Assembly (NCBI GenBank): GCA_963851265.1
Contig: CAWKNZ010000007.1
Span: forward strand, 608,001-672,000
DNA length: 64,000 bases
Source of the DNA: an uncultured Gemmatimonadales bacterium
GTDB lineage: Bacteria > Gemmatimonadota > Gemmatimonadetes > Gemmatimonadales > Gemmatimonadaceae
Direction: 5' to 3'
Shown: in pieces, positions 40,574-50,933 of the stretch
How the letters are laid out: the number at the start of each line of letters is the position of its first letter
How positions within the stretch are numbered: position 1 is the first letter of the stretch
The notes under the pieces: model-generated
Seen by the model: the letters and a program-made list of their open reading frames with translations, nothing else
Database searches by the model: none
What the model was told of the DNA's origin: nothing
Translations under genes and position numbers: made by a program

Positions 40574-41592
40574 ATGATCATGGCGCCGCGGAGCGGCGTG
40601 TTCGCCGTGTCGGCGCTCGCGCTCTGGGCACGGGCGCTCGCCGGGCAGGCGGCACGTCCCACCGCGGCCTCCGTTGCGGCGACCGTCGATTCGCTCGTCG
40701 CCGACTTTCAGCGCGCCACCGGGGTGCCGGGCGTCTCGGTCGCGGTCATCCGCGCGGGACGCGACACCCTGGCGTACAAGGGGTACGGCCTCGCCGACGT
40801 CGAGAACGACGTGCCGGCCACGCCTCGCACGGTGTACCGCATCGGCTCGATCACGAAGCAGTTCACGTCGGCCGCGGTGCTGCAACTCGCCGAGCAGGGA
40901 CGGCTCTCGCTCGACGCCGCCCTGGGCACGGTATTGCCGCAGGTGCCGGCGGCGTGGCGCGGCGTGACCATCCGCCAGCTACTCAGCCACACGTCGGGCA
41001 TCCGGAGCTACACCGACATCGGACCGCGCTGGCAGCGCCGGTGGGGCGAGGACATGGTCCCCGACACGATCCTTTCACTCGTCCGTGACGACACGCTCGA
41101 CTTCGCCCCGGGCACCCGGTGGCATTACGACAACACAGGCTACGTGGTGCTCGGAATGGTCGTCGAGAAGGTCGCGGGCCAGCCATACGCCGAGTACCTG
41201 CGGGAGCACCTCTGGCAACCGCTCGGTCTGACGAGCACGTACTACTGCGACGCCGCGCCGATCGTTCCGCACCGCGCGCGGGGCTACGACGCGGCACGCG
41301 GCGCGCTCGTGAACGCGGCTTATCTCCGCGTGACGCAGCCGTTCGCGGCGGGCGCGCTCTGCTCCACCGTGGGCGACCTCGCGGCGTGGAACCGCGCGCT
41401 CGCGACGGGCCGTGTCGTCCGGGCGGCCTCGTGGACGCGCATGACCACGCCCGAGGGGGCCGCCGCGCACACGCGTTCGGTGCGGCGTTCGACGCGGCGT
41501 TCCGTGTCACGTTCACGGTGGAGGGCGACGCCGCGACCGCGATCGACGTGCGCCAGGGCGGCGGCCGCTTCGGCGGCCGGCGCGTGCCGTGA
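40574..41592 (+). pseudogene. Serine hydrolase (beta-lactamase/AmpC family) with internal deletion and frameshift
   Basis: SITK (SxxK), LLSHTSG and YDN are present, but the family signature stops at about 41465. A plausible C-terminal domain (HAFGAAFDAAFRVTFTVEGD...) is in another frame ending at 41592. No HxG motif. Confidence 0.75.
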
Positions 41593-41638
41593 GCGTCGGT
41601 TGACCAACGTCGGTCGCGCCGCGCGGTAGCCGCCGGCC

Positions 41639-42238
41639 GTGCGTCTGTTCCTCGTCCGCCACGCGCTGGTCGACCCGGTCGGGGTCTCGCTCCCGGGCCG
41701 CACGCCGGGCGTCTCGCTCAACGCGGCCGGGCGCGCGCAGCTCGCGCCGTTAGGCGCGCGCGTCGCCCGCCGGCTCGCCGGCGCGCCGCTCGACGCGGTG
41801 CTCGCCAGCCCTCTCGCGCGCGCGCAGGAGACGGCGGCCGCGATCGCCGGGCGGTACGGGCTGCCGGTCACCGTCGAACCCGCGCTCCACGAACTCGACC
41901 TCGGCCGCTGGACGGGGCGCGCCCTCGCGGGCCTGGGCGACGACCCGGATTGGGTGCCGTTCAACACGTACCGGAGCGGCACGCCGGCCGGTGGCGGCGA
42001 GCTCGCGGCGGTGGCGCAGGCGCGCGCCGTAGCGGCACTGCTCGCGCGCGCGCGTGCGACGCCCGACGCCGCCGTCGCGGCGGTGAGTCACGGCGACGTC
42101 GTGCGGGCCGTGCTCGCGTACGTGCTGGGCGTCCCCATCGACCTGCAGCTGCGGATCGAGGTCGCGCCGGCCTCGGTGAGCGAGATCGAACTGCGACCCT
42201 GGGGACCGCGCGTCCTGGCTCTGAACGACGTATCCTAG
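41639..42238 (+). CDS. Histidine phosphatase family protein
   Basis: FLVRHA, SPLARAQETA, ELDLGRWTG, VSHGD. Confidence 0.9.
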   Translation: MRLFLVRHALVDPVGVSLPGRTPGVSLNAAGRAQLAPLGARVARRLAGAPLDAVLASPLARAQETAAAIAGRYGLPVTVEPALHELDLGRWTGRALAGLGDDPDWVPFNTYRSGTPAGGGELAAVAQARAVAALLARARATPDAAVAAVSHGDVVRAVLAYVLGVPIDLQLRIEVAPASVSEIELRPWGPRVLALNDVS

Positions 42239-42278
42239 AGGCGTAGCGTCCCCGACCATCCCCCGTGCCTAGACCCCC

Positions 42279-43346
<1,068 letters not shown>

Positions 43347-43361
43347 TCGGCGGCGACGTCG

Positions 43362-44249
43362 TCAGCGCGCGAGGGAAAAGGAGAACGGCAACTGCACGAG
43401 CTGTTTCACCTTGCACCCGGCAATCTCGGCCGGGTAAAACCGCGCGCGCCGGATGCCGTCGACTGAGGCCTCGAGGAAGGCGTCGTAGTGCCGCCGCAGC
43501 TCGCCGGTCAGGCGGGGCCGATCGGCCGGCCACACGTCGTGCACCGTGGTCACGTCCGCGCGCCCGCTCGTGTCGACCACGAACTGCAGGGCAAGGAGTC
43601 CCTCCGCGTGGCCCATTCGTGCACCCTCCGGGTACGTCGCGCGCAACGTCCCCGGCACCGCAGCCGCCTGCTTCTCGACGGCGGTGCGGAGCGTGAACGC
43701 GACGAGCGTCGCGGGCCCCGCAGGGCGCGCGACGACGCGGCCGCGGACCACGTCGGACTTGCGGACGTAGCCGAGCGTGAACGGCATCGAGTCCGCCGTG
43801 AAGCTCTCCGGCATGATGAACGTCTCGTCGTGCTGCTGCGCCTCGGCCAGCGCGCGCCCGAGGACCGCCGCGGCCGGCGACTCCGGCGAATGGACCGGCG
43901 TCCAGTGCAGCGTTCCGTCCCGCCTGGCGACCACGCGCACCCCCGCACTGTCGATCCCGCCAACCCACAGCGCGGCCGTCGCGCCGTCGCGCCGTGGTCT
44001 AACGACGAGCGAGTCGCCGCGCGGCAGGACGTCCGGCGAGCCGGCCAGCGCCGTGCGGATCCGGGCCGCCACGGCCTCCCCGATCAGGAGCAGGCTCGTC
44101 GCGGCGGCCGTATCGGCACGGTTCACGACCGTGACGCGGACGTAGACCGGAACGGGGGTAAAGAGGCTGTCGGCGCCGCACGCGCGTGGGGCAGCGCCCG
44201 ACACCGCGCCCGTATCAGCGAGCGCGGCAGTAAGGGCAAGCAGGAACAT
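43362..44249 (-). CDS. Secreted protein with TonB C-terminal-like domain
   Basis: Signal peptide, then YPEGARMGHAEG, QFVVDTSG, RFYPA, VQLPFSF. Confidence 0.72.
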   Translation of the reverse strand: MFLLALTAALADTGAVSGAAPRACGADSLFTPVPVYVRVTVVNRADTAAATSLLLIGEAVAARIRTALAGSPDVLPRGDSLVVRPRRDGATAALWVGGIDSAGVRVVARRDGTLHWTPVHSPESPAAAVLGRALAEAQQHDETFIMPESFTADSMPFTLGYVRKSDVVRGRVVARPAGPATLVAFTLRTAVEKQAAAVPGTLRATYPEGARMGHAEGLLALQFVVDTSGRADVTTVHDVWPADRPRLTGELRRHYDAFLEASVDGIRRARFYPAEIAGCKVKQLVQLPFSFSLAR

Positions 44250-44292
44250 GCGTCAGCTTGCTACGAGGTTCGGCCACGGTCAAGCTTCGCCC

Positions 44293-45213
44293 ATGCCTAC
44301 GCGCACGCGCCTCGACCCGCGACTCGGTCTCCTGCTGGCCGCCGTCCTCTTCTCGACCGGCGGTGCGGCCATCAAGTCGGCCGCGCTCACCAGCTGGCAG
44401 ATCGCGAGCTTCCGCTCGGGGATCGCGGCCGTGGTCGTGTGGCTACTCGTTCCCCGCGCGCGCGCCCGCTGGACCCCGCGCATCCTGCTGGTCGCCGCCG
44501 TGTACGCGGCCACGATGGTGCTCTTCGTGGCCGCCAACAAGCTCACCACGTCGGCCAACACCATCTTCCTGCAGTCGACGGCGCCGCTCTACGTGCTGCT
44601 CGCCGGCCCGCTGTTGCTGCACGAACGCGTGACGCGCGCCGACCTCGCACTCGTCGCGGCCGTGGCGCTCGGCATGGCGCTCTTCTTCGTCGCCCCCGGA
44701 CCGCCGCAGGCCACCGCCCCCGACCCGGCGCGCGGGAACCTGCTCGCGGCGGTGAGCGGCGTCGCCTGGGGTGGCACGGTGCTCGGCCTGCGCTGGATCG
44801 GACGGGCCGACCCGACCGCGGCCGCAGCGACCGGCGACGCGGCTGCAGGCGGCGCGCCCGCGCTCGTCACCGTCGTCGCGGGAAACGCGCTCGCCTGCCT
44901 CGCGTGCCTCCCCGCCGCGCTGCCCGTGGTGCACCCGTCGGCCGCGAGCGTCGGCGTCGTGCTGTACCTCGGGATCGTCCAGATCGGGATCGCCTACCTC
45001 TCGCTTGCCGCGGCGATGCCGCACGTACCCGCGCTCGAAGCGAGCACGCTCCTCCTGGTCGAGCCCGCCCTCAACCCCGCGTGGGCCTATCTCGTTCACG
45101 GCGAACGGCCGTCGGTCCTCGCGTGGCTCGGCGGCGGGGTGATCCTGCTCTCCGCGCTCGCCAAGACGTGGTGGGACGTCCGCCATCCGTCGCGCGTCTA
45201 CTCCACGAGTTGA
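44293..45213 (+). CDS. DMT/EamA family transporter
   Basis: About 10 TM segments, FSTGGAAIK, LQSTAPLYV, EPALNP, HGE. Confidence 0.88.
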   Translation: MPTRTRLDPRLGLLLAAVLFSTGGAAIKSAALTSWQIASFRSGIAAVVVWLLVPRARARWTPRILLVAAVYAATMVLFVAANKLTTSANTIFLQSTAPLYVLLAGPLLLHERVTRADLALVAAVALGMALFFVAPGPPQATAPDPARGNLLAAVSGVAWGGTVLGLRWIGRADPTAAAATGDAAAGGAPALVTVVAGNALACLACLPAALPVVHPSAASVGVVLYLGIVQIGIAYLSLAAAMPHVPALEASTLLLVEPALNPAWAYLVHGERPSVLAWLGGGVILLSALAKTWWDVRHPSRVYSTS

Positions 45214-45236
45214 TTCAGCCGCCACGACGCCCACCC

Positions 45237-45719
45237 ATGACGCCCCGCATGCTGCTCGCGCTCGCGAGCCTCGTCAACGCGCTCGTCGCGTTCTACCTGC
45301 ACCTCTGGAAGCTCGGCCTCGTCGGCTCGCTCGCCTGCACGTCGAGCGGCGGGTGCGAGTACGTCCAGGGCAGTCGCTACGGCTGGTTCCTCGGCACCGA
45401 CGTCGCGCTCATCGGCGCGGTGGGGTGGGCGATCGTCTTCGTCATCGCGTTCGTCGGTACCCTGCCGCGTTGGACCGACGACGCCCGCGTCACCCGCGCG
45501 CTCACGGCGCTCGTCGGGTTCGCGCTGCTGTTCACGCTCCGCCTCAAATACGGCGAGTTCGTGGTCCTGCGCTCGTTCTGCCCATGGTGCGCCGTGAACG
45601 CGATCGTCGTCGTGCTGTCGAGCATCCTCGTCTGGCGCGACTGGGTACGTCTGCGTACCGAGCGGCGGGACGCGGACGACTACGCGTTCAACCAGGACGC
45701 CCGAAGCACGACGGCATGA
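45237..45719 (+). CDS. Vitamin K epoxide reductase (VKOR) family protein
   Basis: Loop cysteines (ACTSSGGC), S in VQGSRY, CPWC motif, four TM segments. Confidence 0.9.
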   Translation: MTPRMLLALASLVNALVAFYLHLWKLGLVGSLACTSSGGCEYVQGSRYGWFLGTDVALIGAVGWAIVFVIAFVGTLPRWTDDARVTRALTALVGFALLFTLRLKYGEFVVLRSFCPWCAVNAIVVVLSSILVWRDWVRLRTERRDADDYAFNQDARSTTA

Positions 45720-45924
45720 AGTACCAGAGCGCCGCCATCTGCAGCGTGGCCATGATGACGCCGAACACGAGCGGATGGCAGCCGCGGGGCAGGGGACGCT
45801 CGGCCGCCGACGGCGTGTGAAACGGGGCTAACGGCGGCAGAGCCTCGGGCGGGGCGCCCGAGGCAGCGTCGGGGAGCGGATCGGGCGCGTCGTTCGACGC
45901 GTGGGGCGGCTCGTCGGGCGGCAT
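45688..45924 (-). CDS. Small hypothetical membrane protein
   Basis: Pro-rich N-terminus and one TM segment (LVFGVIMATLQMAALWYF). 3' end overlaps VKOR. Confidence 0.5.
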   Translation of the reverse strand: MPPDEPPHASNDAPDPLPDAASGAPPEALPPLAPFHTPSAAERPLPRGCHPLVFGVIMATLQMAALWYFMPSCFGRPG

Positions 45925-46169
45925 GCGCGCAATCTGTGTGGGCGTACGTCACGGACGCACCGCGCCCGAATCCCGTACTCGGTGACGCTCGCACCACTCG
46001 CAGGGTGCCTCATATGACCCGGCGCGTGTAACATGACAGGGTAAGGTTGTTCGCCGCCGGTCGCTGTCGCCTTGGGCGCACGTTGCCCGCATGGCGTAGG
46101 ACCCGGCTCCGCGGCCCCGCGCGCCGGAATGTCCGTCTGCGCGGGGCCGTTCCGTTTCTACCCCACTGC

Positions 46170-47615
46170 ATGTCGTTTTCGACTTTCGAGCTCACCCCCG
46201 ACCTGCTTCGCGGCGTCGAGGCGATGGGCTTCACGGCCCCGACGCCCATCCAGGCCCAGGCCATTCCGCCGGCGGTCGCCGGCCGCGACCTCCTCGCGTG
46301 CGCGATGACCGGGAGCGGGAAGACCGCGGCGTTCGTGCTGCCGCTGCTCAACCGGCTGCTCGCCACGCGCGCCACGGCCGACGCGGGTCGCCGCGGTCCA
46401 CGCGCCCTCGTCCTCACGCCCACGCGTGAGCTGGCCGCGCAGGTGCTCGAGCACCTCTCGGCCCTCGCGCGGTTCACCCCGCTCACCTCCGCCGCGGTGT
46501 TCGGCGGCGTCGCGATGGGGCCGCAGGAGCAGGCGTTCCGCCGCAACGTCGACGTGATCGTCGCCACGCCGGGCCGGCTGCTCGACCACCTGAAGCAGCC
46601 CTACGCGAAGCTGGAGCGGGTCGAGGTGCTCGTGCTCGACGAGGCCGACCGGATGCTCGACATGGGCTTCCTCCCCGACATCCGCCGCGTGCTCTCGCAC
46701 CTGCCGCGCCAGCGGCAGACGCTGTTCTTCTCGGCGACGATGCCCGGCCCCATCGCGGAGCTCTCGCGCGAGCTGCTGCAGAACCCCGTGTTCCTCAACC
46801 AGGAGCGCACGGCCAAGCCCGCCGTCGGGGTCACGCAGGCGCTGTACCCGGTGCGCGAGGAGCTCAAGGCCGCGCTCTTTCTCGAGCTGCTCAAGCGCGG
46901 CACGCTCAAGGACGTGATCGTCTTCACGCGCACCAAGCACCGTTCCAACCGCCTCGCCGAGTACCTGACGAAGCAGGGCGTCGCGTGCGAGCGCATCCAC
47001 GGCAACCGGTCGCAGGCGCAGCGCACGCAGGCGCTCGCGGGCTTCAAGGACGGCCGGGTGCAGGTGCTGGTCGCGACCGACATCGTCGCGCGCGGCATCG
47101 ACGTCGAGGAGCTGAGCCACGTGGTCAACTTCGACGTGCCGCACCTCCCGGAGGATTACATCCACCGCGTGGGCCGCACGGCGCGCGCGGAGGCCACCGG
47201 CGACGCGTTCACGTTCGTCGCGCCGGAGGAGGAGACCGACCTGCGCGCCATCGAGAAGGCGATCGGCCGCAAGCTGCCGCGCCTCACGGTCGAGAACTTC
47301 GACTACGCGTCGAGGCCGGCCGAGCGCTTCGAGGTGCCCATCGCCGAGCGCATCGCGGAGATCCGCAAGCGCAAGGCGGAGGAGCGCGCGCGCGCCAAGG
47401 AGAAGGCGGACCGCCGAGCGCAGCACTCGGCCGCCGAGGAGGCGCGCCGCGGCACGCGTCCCGCGGCCGCGGGCCGGCCCAACGGCGGCGGGTATTCGCC
47501 TAACGCCTCGTCGGGCGCCGGCGGCACCGCGCTGGCCGAGGCGCCCGCGCGCCGCCGGAGCGGCGGGCGTGGGGGCCGCGGCCGCGGCGGGAACGGCGGC
47601 GGCCGACACGGCTGA
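46170..47615 (+). CDS. DEAD-box RNA helicase (RhlE-like)
   Basis: Q motif, TGSGKT, PTRELA, DEAD, SAT, ARGID, HRVGRTAR, RGG tail. Confidence 0.95.
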   Translation: MSFSTFELTPDLLRGVEAMGFTAPTPIQAQAIPPAVAGRDLLACAMTGSGKTAAFVLPLLNRLLATRATADAGRRGPRALVLTPTRELAAQVLEHLSALARFTPLTSAAVFGGVAMGPQEQAFRRNVDVIVATPGRLLDHLKQPYAKLERVEVLVLDEADRMLDMGFLPDIRRVLSHLPRQRQTLFFSATMPGPIAELSRELLQNPVFLNQERTAKPAVGVTQALYPVREELKAALFLELLKRGTLKDVIVFTRTKHRSNRLAEYLTKQGVACERIHGNRSQAQRTQALAGFKDGRVQVLVATDIVARGIDVEELSHVVNFDVPHLPEDYIHRVGRTARAEATGDAFTFVAPEEETDLRAIEKAIGRKLPRLTVENFDYASRPAERFEVPIAERIAEIRKRKAEERARAKEKADRRAQHSAAEEARRGTRPAAAGRPNGGGYSPNASSGAGGTALAEAPARRRSGGRGGRGRGGNGGGRHG

Positions 47616-47634
47616 CGCGGTCGCGCCGCGGCCG

Positions 47635-47698
47635 CGGGTGACACAGACGAGGGGGCGCCGGACCAGATGGTCCGGCGCCCCCTCGTCTGTGTCACCCG
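47635..47698. terminator. Perfect 31-bp palindrome between convergent genes
   Basis: CGGGTGACACAGACGAGGGGGCGCCGGACCA-GA-TGGTCCGGCGCCCCCTCGTCTGTGTCACCCG. Confidence 0.7.
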
Positions 47699-47706
47699 GC
47701 CTGACG

Positions 47707-48711
47707 TTAGGCCAGGTTCCCCGTCGCGATGAGTTTCGTGACGTCCTGGACGACGAACGGCTGCACGATCGCCGCGACCTGGCCGGCCGCGAGCGGCTCG
47801 TCGAAGGCGAGCGTGACGTCCGTGCCCGTCGCGAGCCCGGCCAGCCCGGACGCGTCGATCACCACGTCGGACGTACCGTTGTTGACGGTGTGCTTCGTGT
47901 TGCCCTCGCCCGCGTAGATGAGGGCGAACGCCGACACGACCGCGGCCGGCAGCGTCACGCCGCTCGGTGCGCCCGCGGCCGCGGCGCCGTCACCCTTCAC
48001 GGTGCCGCTGTACCGGACCTGCGTATTGGCGCTGTCGAGCGTGCGGCGGAGGCGGCGGATGCGCGAGGCGTGGCGCGCCTCGAGGGCGTGGATCTGCAGC
48101 GCGGGCTTGAGCGCGGCCGTTCCGAGCAGCTTGCCGGCCTGGCCCTTGTACGCGCGGACGCCGGTGTCCTCGAAGCCCTGCGTCGCGGCGAGCAGGAACA
48201 CCGGGTCGGTCGTCGCCGGGGCGAACGGGCCGTTGCCGGCGCCGCGACCGCCGGTGAAGTCGAACGTCGCGGCCGGGTCGTACACCCCAGCCGTCCCGCC
48301 GAGCGCCTTGATCGTCGTCTGCAGGAAGGCGACGTGCGCCGTCTCGTGCTGGCTGAGGAGCTGCAGCGTCGGGACGATCGTGGCGTTCGTCGCGGGCAGC
48401 TTGCCGCGGACGGTGGCGAACGCCGTGTTGAACGCGGCGACCGTGCTGGTGCCGAGTACCGCCTTGTAGAACTCGCTCTCGAGGTTCTCGAGGAGGAGGG
48501 CGTAGTTGAGCACGTCGAGCACGGTCTGCGAAGTGGTCTGCGCGACGGCGGTCGAGGCGAGCGCGCCCAACATGATCGGCACGGAGCCGAGGGCGATGGC
48601 GGCCTTGACGAGGTCGTTCGGCTTGTCGCCATCGGCGATCGCTTCGGCGCGCTCGACGATCGCGTCCATCACCTTCGGCTCGATCGCGTCGAGAATTGAC
48701 TGGTTTTCCAT
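47707..48711 (-). CDS. Ferritin-like domain protein (Ferritin_2)
   Basis: LNYALLLENLE, HETAHV, FEDTGVRAYKG, EARHA. Confidence 0.9.
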   Translation of the reverse strand: MENQSILDAIEPKVMDAIVERAEAIADGDKPNDLVKAAIALGSVPIMLGALASTAVAQTTSQTVLDVLNYALLLENLESEFYKAVLGTSTVAAFNTAFATVRGKLPATNATIVPTLQLLSQHETAHVAFLQTTIKALGGTAGVYDPAATFDFTGGRGAGNGPFAPATTDPVFLLAATQGFEDTGVRAYKGQAGKLLGTAALKPALQIHALEARHASRIRRLRRTLDSANTQVRYSGTVKGDGAAAAGAPSGVTLPAAVVSAFALIYAGEGNTKHTVNNGTSDVVIDASGLAGLATGTDVTLAFDEPLAAGQVAAIVQPFVVQDVTKLIATGNLA

Positions 48712-48730
48712 GGGTTGGGTTCTCGGACGG

Positions 48731-49483
48731 TCAGGCCGTGAGGGTGATCGTGTTCTTGATGAACGGCTGCGCGTTGCCGGCCACCGTCGACTCGGACGCC
48801 ACCGCGGCGTCGAGCGCGTTCGTCGGGTCGGCGCCGAGCCCGTTGAGGACGCCCGCGGTGAGGTCGGCGTAGGCCTTGCCGGTGGCGTCGAGCGAGTCGG
48901 CGATGGCGGCGGTGTGGCGCGCCTCGATCGACACGATCTTGCCGGCGACGAGCAGGTTGTTGGCGTTCTTGATCGCCGGGCCCGCGCCGTTGTAGGCGGC
49001 GATGCCGTTGGTCTCGAGCGTGAGTGCCGTCGTGAGCAGCGGCCCGCGGCTCGGGTTGGTCAGCACCGACGAGAAGTCGAACGTCAGGTTCGGGTACGCC
49101 GAGCCGAGCGCGGCCTTGAAGAAGGCGCGGTGCGTGACCTCGTCGTTCCGGATGTCGGTCAGCATCTCCTGCTCGGGCGCGCTGAACAGCGTCGAGAACG
49201 ACGGGAGCGCGACGACCTGCTCGTAGAAGCTCGACTCGAGCCCTTCGAGCGCCGCCGCGAAGGTGAAGATCCCGATGTCGCTCCCGAGGCTGATCGTAAC
49301 GCCGCTGGTCAGCGCCGGGTCGGTCGTGATGATGCGGCCCGTGTCGTCCGTGCAGGCCGCGAACAGCGCCGGCATGAGGACGAGCGAGCCGCCTAGGCCG
49401 AGCGCCTTCAGAAAGTTGCGACGTGTCGGCAGCGCGAGAAGCTCCGCCGTATTGTGGACGACGACCGTCCGTTCGTCTTGCAT
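48731..49483 (-). CDS. Ferritin-like domain protein with Tat/lipoprotein signal
   Basis: TRRNFLK and FAAC signal, LEGLE, DEVTH, LETNGIAAYNG, EARH. Confidence 0.88.
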   Translation of the reverse strand: MQDERTVVVHNTAELLALPTRRNFLKALGLGGSLVLMPALFAACTDDTGRIITTDPALTSGVTISLGSDIGIFTFAAALEGLESSFYEQVVALPSFSTLFSAPEQEMLTDIRNDEVTHRAFFKAALGSAYPNLTFDFSSVLTNPSRGPLLTTALTLETNGIAAYNGAGPAIKNANNLLVAGKIVSIEARHTAAIADSLDATGKAYADLTAGVLNGLGADPTNALDAAVASESTVAGNAQPFIKNTITLTA

Positions 49484-49968
49484 GATTCCGCCCCTCACCA
49501 CGTGAATGTCCAGAACGGCGCAGACATCCGTCGACACCGCTGTCGGTACTGCCCGCCACCGTGCCCCGGGCAACCGGCATCCCCTAAGCTAAACGCGTGC
49601 CGTGAGAACTGCTTGGTGTCGTATGAGGCAGTTCATGACGAGTCATGACGGGAACTGCCGAGCGCCCGTGATGGTTAGGCAAAACTGCTACGCCGCGTTT
49701 CGGCAGCTGATGCGTTGCGCGAGCCCGGCGGACGCGCGAGCCGGCAGGCGCCGGGCGCCGCGACGGCGGCCCCAGGTACGACTCCGGCGCGGCGCGTGGA
49801 TGGCGGCCGCGCGGACACGGCGCGGATTGACGCGGTCCGCGACGACGCCCTGTTCTGTGGCGCTTTCCGCGATCCAGTGGTGGTGTGAATGGGTTCGCGG
49901 CAGTAAACCTTTGTCGCCGGACGCGCAACCCTCTTGGCCGTTCGTGCACCACGTCACACTGTAGCGCC

Positions 49969-50892
49969 ATGGAACTCGCCCCCCGCCGACGCCGCCTCGA
50001 ACTCGCCGATGCACTGCGTAGGCGCGTCGTCGGCGCGCTGGCGTCGGGCTCCATCCGGCGCGGTGAGCGACTGCCCAGCGCGCGAGAGGTGGCCGCGGAG
50101 GTCGACGCGGATCCGCGGCTCGTGCTGGCCGCGTACCGCATCCTCGCCAAGGAGGGTGTGGTCGAGATTCGGCGCCGGTCGGGGATCTACGTCGCGCGCT
50201 CGCCCGAGGTCTCGGGCGGCCCCGCGGTCGTCGCCGACGGTTGGGTGGTCGACGTGCTCGCCGAGGGGATCGAGCACGGCATCGCCGCCCCGCGGCTCGG
50301 CGAATGGCTCAAGCGCTGCGCCGCCACGCGCCGTGTGCGCGCCGCCGTGGTCGCCGACACGATCGACCAACTCGAGGCGTTCTGCGCCGAGCTGCGCGAG
50401 GACTACGGCGTCGACGCCGTCCCGTTCGCGCCCGAGGCGGTCCGCGGCTCCGCGCTGCCGCCCGAGATGTATTCGGCCGACTTCATCCTCACGGCCGACG
50501 GCTACGCCGAGCGGCTGCGCGGGATGGTGGGCACGACGGGCCGCCCGGTGATCGCCGTCCAGGTGCGCCCGGTCCTCCCTACCGCGTGGCGGCGCATCCT
50601 GACGCGCACGTCGATCCACGCCGTCGTGGCGGACGCGCGCTCGATGCAGGGGCTCGACGGCGCGCTCGGCGAACTCGCGCCGCGCCTCAAGGTGTACGTC
50701 GTGGGCCGCGACGACGTTCGCCAGATCCCGCCGGCGAGCCACGTGTACGTCTCCCGCAGCGCGCGGCGGCGGCTGGGCTCGACCGCGATCGCCGGGCGGC
50801 TGCTGCCGACGGAGCGCGCGTTCTCGGGCGAGACCGTCCGCGAGGTGTTGGGCGTCGTGGTCGAGTTGAACCTGCGGGCGATGGTGAGCTGA
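49969..50892 (+). CDS. GntR family transcriptional regulator
   Basis: GERLPSAREVA, AYRILAKEG, RRSGIYV winged HTH. Atypical C-terminal domain. Confidence 0.85.
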   Translation: MELAPRRRRLELADALRRRVVGALASGSIRRGERLPSAREVAAEVDADPRLVLAAYRILAKEGVVEIRRRSGIYVARSPEVSGGPAVVADGWVVDVLAEGIEHGIAAPRLGEWLKRCAATRRVRAAVVADTIDQLEAFCAELREDYGVDAVPFAPEAVRGSALPPEMYSADFILTADGYAERLRGMVGTTGRPVIAVQVRPVLPTAWRRILTRTSIHAVVADARSMQGLDGALGELAPRLKVYVVGRDDVRQIPPASHVYVSRSARRRLGSTAIAGRLLPTERAFSGETVREVLGVVVELNLRAMVS

Positions 50893-50933
50893 GGCGTCAG
50901 GCGCGCGACCGCCGCGCGCCTAACGCCTCCCGG

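Noticed and set aside
47498..47712. GCCTAAC...GTTAGGC pair as an integron attC site
   Set aside because: About 210 bp apart, the left copy is inside the helicase CDS, there is no cassette array and no intI. No other correctly oriented close pair exists.
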